In this document: piece by piece, positions 54,093-64,000 of the stretch
Position numbering within the stretch: position 1 is the first letter of the stretch
Layout of the letters: every line of letters starts with the position of its first letter
Assembly: GCF_004010195.1 (NCBI RefSeq)
Contig: NC_057719.1
Coordinates: 7,659,028-7,723,027 of the forward strand
Direction: 5' to 3'
Source: Chiloscyllium plagiosum
Taxonomy: Eukaryota
DNA length: 64,000 nucleotides
Translations under genes and position numbers: made by a program
Notes under the pieces: model-generated
Database searches by the model: none
What the model saw: the letters and a program-made list of their open reading frames with translations, nothing else
Told to the model about the DNA's origin: nothing

Positions 54093-54324
54093 TAATTGGA
54101 ATGTAACCATTAAAATTGGAGAGGTAGCCACTTTTTTCTCAATTGCCACATTTAGACAAATACTTGAATGTTCACATTCCTGTAATTTCACACATTGCCT
54201 TGACACAAGATTAATTTCTATCTTTCTTTTCCCTTCTCTCCAAAAGTTCCCATCCCATGAAACATGAGCTCACATCCCCAGAGGCAGTGCCACTACCACC
54301 ACATCTCTGTCTCTTTCTAAAACT

Positions 54325-55075
54325 ATAAGATCTGATGTGTCACACCATAAGATGTAAGAGCAGACACAGATCAATCAGCCCATTGAGTCTGCTCCGCCAT
54401 TCAATTAGATCATGGCTGATCTCATCATCTTCAACTCCACTTTCCTGGTTTTTTCCATAATGTTTAATTCCCTCACTAATGAAAAATCTGTCCACCTCAG
54501 TCTTGAATATACTTAGTGACCCGGCCTCAACAGCACTCTGTGGTAATGAATTCACTCTCGTCTAAGAGAAGAAATTCCTCCTTATCGCTATTTTAAATCT
54601 TTACTCTGAGATAATGCCCTCTGGTCGTAGACTCTCCCACGAGGCCAAACAACTATCATGGTATTCAAACAGATAAAAGACTTTACAGACAATCAATTTT
54701 TCTATGTATATTTTCAGTTACATCACACTGTAAATGTTTGCTATAAATTGTGTTAGGATTGAACCCTCCACTATCACCTGATGAAGGAGCGACGCTCCAA
54801 AAGCTAGTGTGCTTCCAATTAAACCTGTTGGACTATAACCTGGTGTTGTGTGATTTTTAACTTTGTACACCCCAGTCCAACACCAGCATCTCCCAACCAT
54901 TGTGCATTTGCCTTGTCAAATTCTGTCAGAATACTGTATCTTTCAATAAGGTCATCTCCCATTCTTCTAATTTCCAATGAGTACAGTCCCAACTTGCTCA
55001 ATCTCTCCTCATAAAACAATCCCTCCATACCCAGGATTAACCTAATGAACCTTCTTTGGACTGCATCCAATACCA
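54325..55075 (-). mobile_element. CR1 3' fragment with nested family A PLE pLTR (about 54655-54900, +)
   Basis: VQRRFIRLILGMEGL; nested cacCTGATGAaggagcgacgctccaaaagctagtg. Confidence 0.75.
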
Positions 55076-55864
55076 CAAAAGTTTCATTTTCTTCCTAAAG
55101 CTCTCTGTCTCTCTCTTTCTCTCACTCTCCCTCTACCTCTCACTCTTCTCCTTGTTGTTGAAGTTCCTGACTTATGCCATGCAAGAGAATCACAAATACC
55201 TTCTCACACTGGTATGAGTTTGAATTTGACCAACCCTCTGAGAATGGTCTAAGAAGCTAAGAGCAAGCCTGTAGAATTTGGGAGGGGAGGCAGGGGGGTG
55301 GGGATATAATGTTCTTGCCACATTACAATCCTACCTGGAGTGGGACACCAGCCGGATCTCCCTCCCAGAGGTCAGCTAGCTGTGAGCTACTGACGGAGCC
55401 AATGAAGGTCCTCCTCCTGGCCTTGCTGGCGGTTGTCGAGTGGCTGGGCAAGTCTTCCCTTGCTGATTCAATTAAAGCGGAAACCCTGACAGACTGTATG
55501 AAAGAGAAGGCCGTTTCTGTGCTGTGACACACAGTGACCATCCACAGTCTATGATTCATACCTCCAGCCATCTCCTGAACAATAATCGCAAATCATGCTT
55601 GATTTCTCTGGCGTAAACATTCATCAAGTCACAAGGTGAATCATCACAGAATATTATGTCTGACAAGTGGGGAAATTTATCAAAGGAAACAAGGTTGGGA
55701 ACACTGATTTTATCAGATCAAGTTTTCATATTCACCATGTCCACTCTCTCCTATTGCATCAATTTCAACACAGTTGCCCAATGGTTAGCGCCAGGGACCC
55801 AGGTTCAATTCCAGCCTCGGGCGACTGTCTGTGTGGAGTTTGCGCATTCTCCCTGTGTCTGCGT

Positions 55865-56003
55865 TATGGTTAGAGTGAAGGTTAGTGTCAAGGCTTGGGA
55901 TATGGTCAGGGTGAAGGTTTTGGTTAGGGTTAGGGGTTGGATCAAGGCTCAAGTTATGGCTAGGGTTAACATTACAGTTGGGGTTAGGGTTAAAGTTAGG
56001 GTT
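55865..56003 (+). repeat. Degenerate telomere-like (GGGTTA/GGGTCA) hexamer tract
   Basis: ggttagggttagggg...gggttagggttaaagttagggtt, directly after a truncated HE1 SINE head. Confidence 0.6.
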
Positions 56004-56534
56004 TGATGCTGCGAACCTGTTCTGGATTCTTGCTGCCTTCCAGGGACATTGTGGTACATGAAGTCCAGGAAAAGGCCATTCGGCCCTACTGTCTTGTGCT
56101 GATCAAGTCTCCTCCTACCCCACACAACCCAAATCTACCAGTATATCCTTCTGGCCCTTTCTCCCTCGTGTGTCAATCTACCTCTCCATTTATTTGAATC
56201 TATACTATGTATTCCCCTCAGACACTCCTTGTGGTCGTAGATTTTACATTTTCAATGTTCCCCTGAATGTTTATCCTGAATGCCCTATTTTGTTTAGGGC
56301 TGAATCCCATACGCGATTATGTTGGACCCAGGATTTACTGTGAGATGACGGGGTTTGACTGTGGGAAATAGTGTAGACTGGGTGATAACAGATCAGGCGT
56401 GCAGGAGGAGGCAGTGTCCTAGTAGTATTATCGCCTGATTATTAATCCTGCAATCCAGAATAATGTTCTGGGGACCTGGGTTCAAATCCTGCCACGGCAG
56501 ATGGTGGACTTTGAATTTAATTTTAGTAGAAATG

Positions 56535-59019
56535 AAGAAATAGGCAGAATGAACACATGGCTTGACAGACACTGTAGGAGGGAGGGGTTCAGATTTGTTG
56601 GGCATTAGGACCGGTTCTGAGGAAGGTGGGATAGTCTACATCTGAACCAGACCGCAACCAATGTCCTTGGGGGAGTTTTTGCTACTGCTGTTGGGGAGGT
56701 TTTAAACTAATGTGGCAGGGGACTGGGAACCAGAAGAGAAAACATGTAGGCAGTGAGGCGGAGACTGGGGACTGTAAGAATTATGAAGATAGCATTAATA
56801 AAGGGCAGAATAGGCAGAGAGCAGGTGAGCGCAAAAGAACTGGTGGCCTGAAATACATCTACTTTAATGCAAGGAGTATAGCGTGTAAGGCAGATGGACT
56901 TAGGGCTTGGATTGGTGCCTGGGAGTATGACATTATTGCCATCACAGAGTCTTGGTTGAAGGAAGGGCATAATGATTGGCAACTAAATGTTCCAGGATAT
57001 AGACATTTCAGACAGGACAGTGAGGGAAGTAAAAGAGGGGGTGGAGTTGCATTGCTGGTCAGGGACGATATCACGGCTGTGCTAAAGGAGGACACTGTGG
57101 CGGTCTTGGGTAGTGAGACATTATGGGTGGAGCTGAGAAATAAGAAGGGTGCAGTTACATTGTTGGGGCTGTATTACAGGCCTCCCAACAGTGAGCGTGA
57201 GGTAAAAGAACAAATAGGTAAACAGATTATGGAAAGGTGTAGAGGCAATAGGGTAGTGGTGATGGGAGATTTTAATTTTCCCAACATTTACTGGGATACA
57301 CTTAGTGGAGAAAGTGAGGACTGCAGGTGCTGGAGATCAGAGCTGAAAATGTGTTGCTGGAAAAGCGCAGCAGGTCAGGCAGCATCCAAGGAACAGGAGA
57401 AAAGATTCCTGAAGAAGGGCTTATGCCCGAAACGTCGATTCTCCTGTTCCTTGGATGTTGCCTGACCTGCTGTGCTTTTCCAGCAACACATTTTCAGCTG
57501 GGATACACTTAGTGTCAGAGGTCTGGATGGAGTAGAATTTGTATGAAGCATCCAGGAGAGTTTTCTAGAGCAGTTTGTCAATAGTCCGACGAGGGAAGAG
57601 GCCATTTTGGACCTGGTACTGGGGAACGAGCCAGGATAAGTGTTAGAAGTTGCATTGGGGATTTTTTTGGGAACAGAGACCACAATTCTGTACGTTTTAC
57701 AATATTCGTAGATAAAGAAGAGAGTGGTCCTAAGGGAAGAGTACTAAACTGGGCCAAGGCCAATTATATCAAAATTAGGCAGGAGTAGGGAAATGTGGAT
57801 TGGACACAGCTATTTGAAGGGAAGTCCACATTTGAGATGTGGGAGGCTTTCAAAGATAGGTTACCTGCAGTGCAGGATAGGCATGTCCCGTTGAAGGCAA
57901 AGGATAGGAAAGGCAAGATTCGTGAACCATGGATGACAGGAGAAATTGTATGACTAGCCAAGAGGAAAAGGGAAGCGTACATAAGTCTAGGCAGCTGAGG
58001 ACAGAACAGGCCCTGGAGGAATATCGGAAGAGTTGGACAACTCTTAAACAAGGAATCAAGCGGGCTAAAAGGGGTCATGAAATTGCCTTAGCTAGCAGAA
58101 TTAAGGAAAATCCCAAAGCATTTTACTCTTATGTAAGAAGCAAGCGGCTAACTGGAGAAAGGATTGGTCCACTAAAAGATAATGAAGGAAGGCTGTGTGC
58201 CGAAAGTGAGAGAATGGGTGAGATTCTGAATGATTACTTTGCATCAGTGTTCACTGAGGAGAGGGACATGATGAATCTTGAGATTAGAGATAGAGGTTTG
58301 ATTAGTCTGGATCACGTTGGCATAAGTAGCGAAGGTGTGTTGGGTATGCTAGAGGTTATTTAGGTGGACAAATCCCCAGGACTAGATGGGATCTATCCCA
58401 GGTTGCTGAGGGAGGCGAGAGAGGAAATAGCTGGGGCCCTGACAGATATCTTTGTAACATCCTTAAATACAGGTGAGGTGCCGGAGGACTGGAAGGTTGC
58501 TCATGTTGTCCCCCTGTACAAGTAGGGATATTCCGGGTAACTACAGACCAGTGAGCCTGACGTCGGTGGTGGGGAAGTTGCTGGAGAAGGTACTGAGAGA
58601 TAGGGTCTATTTATATTTGGAAAGGAATGAGCTTATCGGTGATGGGCAACAAGGTTTTGTGCGGGGGAGATTGTGCCTTACCAACTTAATAGAGTTCTTT
58701 GAGGAAGTGACCAAGTTGTTAGATGAAGGAAGGGCTGTTGATGTCATATACATGGACTTGAGTAAGACGTTTGATAAGGTTCCCCATTGTAGACTAATGG
58801 AGAAAGTGAAGTCACATGGTGTGCAGGGTGTTCTAGCTAGGTGGATAAAGAACAGGTTGAGCAACAGGAGACAGAGAGTAGTAGTTGAAGGGAGTTTCCC
58901 GAAGTGGAGAAAGGTGACCAGTGGTGTTCCACAGGGGTCAGTATTGGGGCCACTGTTGTTTGTAATATACATAAATGATCTAGAAGAGGGCACTGTTGGT
59001 ATGATCAGCAAGTTTGCAG
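56535..59019 (+). mobile_element. CR1 LINE: ORF1 end plus ORF2 APE and RT, 3'-truncated at KFA
   Basis: [43 protein letters not shown]; frameshifts and stops present. Confidence 0.92.
57308..57497. mobile_element. Fold-back Penelope pLTR cassette (family B) with intact hammerhead core at 57409-57436
   Basis: CTGAAGA-agggc-ttat-gccc-GAAAC-GTC; perfect 17-bp TSD ctgggatacacttagtg at 57291-57307 and 57498-57514. Confidence 0.85.
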
Positions 59020-61561
59020 AGTAGGTGGGACCTCTACAAGCAGGATGGTCTTCATCTGAACCAGAGGGGTACCAATATCCTGGGGGGGGGAAATTCGCTA
59101 CGGCTATTGGGGTGGATTTAAACTAATCCAGCAGGGGGATGGGAACCAAAATTGTAGCTCGAGTATGAAAAGGTTGAGAGTAGGGAGGTCTAAAATCAGG
59201 TTTCAGGGACGCAAGATGGCACCGGCAAGCAAGAAGTTGGTTTGAAGTGTGTCTACTTCAACGCCAGGAGCATCCAGAATAAGGTGGGTGAACTTGCAGC
59301 ATGGGTTGGTACCTGGGACTTCGATGTTGAGGCCATTTCAGAGACATGGATGGAGCAGGGACAGGAATGGTTGTTGCAGGTTCCAGGATTTAGATGTTTC
59401 AGTAAGAACAGAGAAGGTGGTAAAAGAGGGGGAGGTGTGGCATTGTTGGTCAAGGACAGTATTACAGTTGCAGAAAGGATGTTTGAGGACCCGTCAACTG
59501 AGGTAGCATGGGCTGAGGTTAGAAATAGGAAAGGAGAGGTCACCCTGTTGGGAGTTTTCTAGAGGCCTCCGAATAGTTCCAGAGATGTAGAGGAAAGGAT
59601 AGCAAAGATAATTCTCGATAGGAGTGAGAGAAACAGGGTAGTTGATATGGGGGACTTCAACTTTCCAAATATTGACTGGGAACACAATAGTACCAGTACT
59701 ATAGATGGGTCAGTTTTTATCCAGTGAGTGCAGGAGGGCTTCCTGACACAGTATGTAGACAGGCTAACAAGGGGCAAAGCCACATTAGATTTGGTACTGG
59801 GTAATGAGCCCGGCCAGGTGTTAGATTTGGATGTAGGTGAGCACTTTGGTGATAGCGATCACAATTCTGTTATGTTTACTTTAGTGATAGAAAGGGATAG
59901 GTGTGTACCACTGGGCAAGAGTTACAGCTGGGGGAAAGGCAATTACGATGCGATTAGGCAAGATTTAGAAAGCATAGGATGGGGAAGGAAACTGCATGGG
60001 ATAGGCGCATTAGAAATGTGGAGCTTATTCAAGGAAAAGGTACCGTGTGTCCTAGACAGGTATGTACCTGTCAGGCAGGGAGGAAGCTGTAGAGCGCGGG
60101 AGCCGTGGTTTACGAAGGAAGTGGAATCTCTGGTCAAGAGGAAGAAGAAAGCTTATGTTAGGGTGAGATGTGAAGGCTCAGTTAGGACGCTTGACGGTTA
60201 CAAGGTAGCCAGGAAAGACCTAAAGAGAGAGCTCAGAAGAGCCAGGAGGAGACATGAGAAGTTGTTGGNNNNNNNNNNNNNNNNNNNNNNNNNNNNNNNN
60301 NNNNNNNNNNNNNNNNNNNNNNNNNNNNNNNNNNNNNNNNNNNNNNNNNNNNNNNNNNNNNNNNNNNNAGTGAGCCTTACTTCAGTTGTTGGTAAAGTGT
60401 TGGAAAAGGTTATAAGAGATAGGATTTATAATCATCTAGAAAAGAAAAATTTGATTAGGGATAGTCAGCATGGTTTTGTGAAGGGTAGGTCATGCCTCAC
60501 AAACCTTATTGAGTTCTTTGAGAAGGTGACCAAACAGGTAGATGAGAGTAAACCGGTTGATGTGGTGTATATGGATTTCAGCAATGTGTTCGACAAGGCC
60601 CCCCACAGTAGGCTTTTGTACAAAATGCAGAGGAATGGGATTGTGGGAGATATAGCAGTTTGGATCAATAATTGGCTTGCTGAAAGAAGACAGAGGGTGG
60701 TGGTTGATGGGAGTCCAGTTACCAGTGGTGTACCGCAAGGGTGATGTTGGGTCCACTGCTGTTTGTCATTTTTATAAATGACCTGAATGAGGGCGTAGAA
60801 GAGTGAGTTAGTAAATTTGCAGACGACACTAAGGTCGGTGGAGTTGTGGATAGCGACAAAGGATGTTGTAGGTACAGAGAGACATAGATAAGCTGCAGAG
60901 CTGTGCTGAGAGGTGGCAAATGGAGTTTAATGTGGACAAGTGTGAGGTGATTCACTTTGGTCGGAGTAACCGGAATGCAAAGTACTGGGCTAATGGTAAG
61001 ATTGGTAGTGTAGATGAGCAGAGAGGTCTCGGTATCCAGGTACACAGATCCTTGAAAGTTGCCACCCAGGTTGACAGGGTTGTTAAGAAGGCATACAGTG
61101 TTTTAGCTTTTATTAATAGAGGGAACGAGTTCCGGAACCATGAGGTTATGCTGCGGCTGTACAAAACTCTGGTGCGGCCGCACTTGGAGTATTGTGTACA
61201 GTTCTGGTCACCGCATTATAAGAAGGTTGTGGAAGCTTTGGAAAGGGTTCAGAGGAGATTTACTAGGACGTTGCCTGGTATGGAGGGAAGACTTATGAGG
61301 AAAGGCTGAGGGACTTGAGGCTGTTTTCGTTGGAGAGAAGAAGGTTGAGAGGTGATTTAATAGAGACATATAAGATAATCAGAGGGTTATATAGAATGGA
61401 CAGGGAGAGCCTTTTTCCAAGTATGGTGACGGTGAACACGAGGGGGCATAGCTTTAAATTGAGGGGTGATAGATATAGGACAGATGTCAGAGGTAGTTTC
61501 TTTACTCAGAGAGTAGTAAGGGTATGGAATGCTTTGCCTGCAATGGTAGTAGATTCGCCAA
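59020..61561 (+). mobile_element. Second CR1 LINE, near-complete ORF2 with disablements
   Basis: CVYFNARSIQNK, SDHN, QHGFVKGRSCLTNL, KFADD, RPHLEYCVQFWSP. Confidence 0.92.
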
Positions 61562-61826
61562 NNNNNNNNNNNNNNNNNNNNNNNNNNNNNNNNNNNNNNN
61601 NNNNNNNNNNNNNNNNNNNNNNNNNNNNNNNNNNNNNNNNNNNNNNNNNNNNNNNNNNNNNNNNNNNNNNNNNNNNNNNNNNNNNNNNNNNNNNNNNNNN
61701 NNNNNNNNNNNNNNNNNNNNNNNNNNNNNNNNNNNNNNNNNNNNNNNNNNNNNNNNNNNNNNNNNNNNNNNNNNNNNNNNNNNNNNNNNNNNNNNNNNNN
61801 NNNNNNNNNNNNNNNNNNNNNNNNNN

Positions 61827-62360
61827 GGCCGCATTTAGAATACTGTGTACAGTTTTGGTCACCACATTACCAAAAGGATGTGGACACTTTGGAGAGGGTG
61901 CAGAGAAGGTTTACGGGGATGTTGCCTGGTATGGAAGGTGCTTGCTATGAAGACAGGTTGAGTAGGTTAGGTTTATTTTCATTAGAAAAAAAGGAGATTG
62001 AGGGAGGGACCTGATTGAGGTTTACAAAATCATGAAAGGTATAGACACGGTGAAGGATTCACTAATGAGAGGTCACGCTTTCAAGGTGAGAGGTGGAAAG
62101 TTTAAGGGGGATACACGCGGTAAGTACTTCACACAGAGGGTGGTGGGCATTTGGAACGTGTTACCAGCAGAGGTGGTAGAAGCAAGCACGGTAGATTCAT
62201 TTAAGATGCGTCTGGACAGATGCATGAGTAGGTGGGGAGCAGAGGGATGCAAATGCTTAGGAATTGACCGACAGGTTTAGACAGTACATTTGGATCAGGT
62301 CAGGCTTGGAGGGCAGAAGGGCTTGTTCCTGGGCTGTAAATTTTCTTTGTTCTTTGTTCA
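61827..62360 (+). mobile_element. CR1 3' end
   Basis: RGKYFTQRVVGIWNVLP and (tctttgt)n tail. Confidence 0.85.
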
Positions 62361-62750
62361 CCTCCGCATTATTTTCATCCCCACCTTTGTTTGGGGAGAG
62401 ATTTGAGGAAGAACAAGTTCAGCGTCCTGGCCCGAGGCTAATCCTCAGCCAGCATTACTAAAGCAGATAAACTGACTGTGTGTCTTATGTCTGTCTGTAG
62501 GAATTTCTTGTATTAACACTGCTTGCTAACTTTCCATCCATTACAACAGTGAATGACAACACTGTTGGCCATTAATTGTGGGATGTGAAAAATGTGAAAG
62601 GCACCACAGAAATTCCTGAGCACTTTAGGAGATAACAGAAAATGGGAGGGTGAATTGTTGGCTTAGAGATCAGCAAATATATGTTTGCTCAGGTGTGGTC
62701 TAGGGTAAAGGGAGTGATCAAAAGCCTAATAGTGTGTCACAAATACTTAC

Positions 62751-62822
62751 ATCCTCGAAATGTTTGGGAGGTTTGTAAAAGCTTCAGCAGGAATGGTCTT
62801 GAGTTGAGTCTCCATGAATCGG
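62751..62822 (-). CDS. TSHR: Thyrotropin receptor exon 2 (LRR ectodomain), 72 nt
   Basis: ttttcaacag|C-RFMETQLKTIPAEAFTNLPNISR-AT|gtaagt. Resembles human [24 protein letters not shown]; same size and phase. Confidence 0.93.
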
Positions 62823-63189
62823 CTGTTGAAAAGAAAGATTTTTTTTAATAATGAAGTTTTGCTGACAACGATGATAACACTGAGAAAACCATTGAAAACC
62901 AACATTTCGCTCACAGAGACATGCTGGAGAAACTCAGCAGGTTTGGCAGAGAGAGAAACAGAGTTTGCTGCCCATTCTGCTCATTGTATTTTCTCCCTTC
63001 ATGAACTTGATCAGTGCTTGACATTGTCTGTTGGGAAACTGTTTGGGATTGAGGCATCTCTCTGGGTCCATCACAACCACCTTCATCATCCACAGATCAG
63101 CGGGGCCCCCTGGTGGTCTCCTGGGATGTTCTACACTGTGCTAAACCAACAATAACAATCCGCATTCATGGAGCCTCTTTCATGCCTCT

Positions 63190-63655
63190 TAGAACATAGA
63201 ACAATACAGCACAGAACAGGCCCTTCGGCCCACGATGTTGTGCCGAACTTCTAACCTAGATTAAGTACCCATCCATGTACCTATCCAAATGCCGCTTAAA
63301 GGTCGCCAATGATTCCGACTCTACCACTCCCATGGGCAGCGCATTAGAACTCTTAACCTATCCTCGTACGACTTCCTCTCCATTCCAGGCAACATCCTGG
63401 TAAATCTTCTCTGCACCCTCTCCAAAGCTTCCACATCTTTCCTAAAGTGAGGCGACCAGAACTGCACACAGTACTCCAACTGTGGCCTAACCAAGGTCCT
63501 GTACAGCTGCAACATCACTTCATGACTCTTGAATTCAATCCCTCTGCTAATGAACGATAATACTCCATAGGCCTTCTTACAAACTCTATCCACCTGAGTG
63601 GCAACCTTCAAAGATCTATGTACATAGACCCCAAGATCCCTCTGTTCCTCCACTT
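63190..63655 (-). mobile_element. CR1 3' fragment with internal deletion
   Basis: EEQRDLGVYVHRSLKV...RPQLEYCVQFWSP. Confidence 0.85.
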
Positions 63656-64000
63656 CTTGCAGTGTGACATTCCAAGGTGCTTCACAGGAATGTAATCCAA
63701 AGTATTGTGCATAAAGAAATATTAGGACAGATGACCAAAACCTCAGTGCAGGAGGTAGGTTACATCTGCAAGAGGCAAAAGTGGTTTAGGGATGGAATTC
63801 CAACTTTCATGACATAGAGACTTGTGCTTCAGGGTGGTGTAGGTTGGGGACATCACTGTTAGCCCAGTCACCAGTTGCCCAAACCATATTTCTGACATTA
63901 CGTTGACACTTGGTCACCATGACATGGAAGATATCATTGTAAATGTTTGAGTAGCACCAATACAGCTTTAAAGAGTAATCCTAAACCTCCATTTAAAATT

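Noticed and set aside
57308..57497. Fold-back cassettes as DNA-transposon MITEs
   Set aside because: TSD length is variable (12-17 bp), the arms are asymmetric, and the sequence matches PLE termini with hammerhead motifs.

Overview
Repeat-rich vertebrate DNA. The HE1-type V-SINEs, CR1 subfamilies and Penelope-like elements point to an elasmobranch (shark); this is an inference. Two host genes, missed as such by the ORF track, lie tail-to-tail: the last coding exon and probable 3'UTR of GTF2A1 (TFIIA large subunit; + strand, 8505-8612) and six in-frame exons (2-7 in human numbering; 72/75/75/75/78/69 nt, all GT-AG, all phase 2) of the thyrotropin receptor TSHR (- strand, 62822 down to 31595). 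TSHR exons 8-10, including the whole 7TM domain, were not found before GTF2A1. They most likely fall in a 500-N scaffold gap (28458-28957). The rest is largely retroelement debris: CR1, Rex-Babar, RTE, several SINE families, solo LTRs and Penelope-like elements (PLEs). The most unusual signal is a set of short (about 85-215 bp), mostly fold-back PLE-derived cassettes, most carrying minimal hammerhead-ribozyme motifs, flanked by 12-17 bp target-site duplications. Two intact hammerhead cores are in the sense orientation of the TSHR pre-mRNA. Other highlights are a CR1 insertion 14 nt from a TSHR splice acceptor and a 46-bp intronic minisatellite built from TGACCC half-sites. Exon coordinates were counted by hand. 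Repeat boundaries are approximate, and family names come from motif recognition, not database searches.
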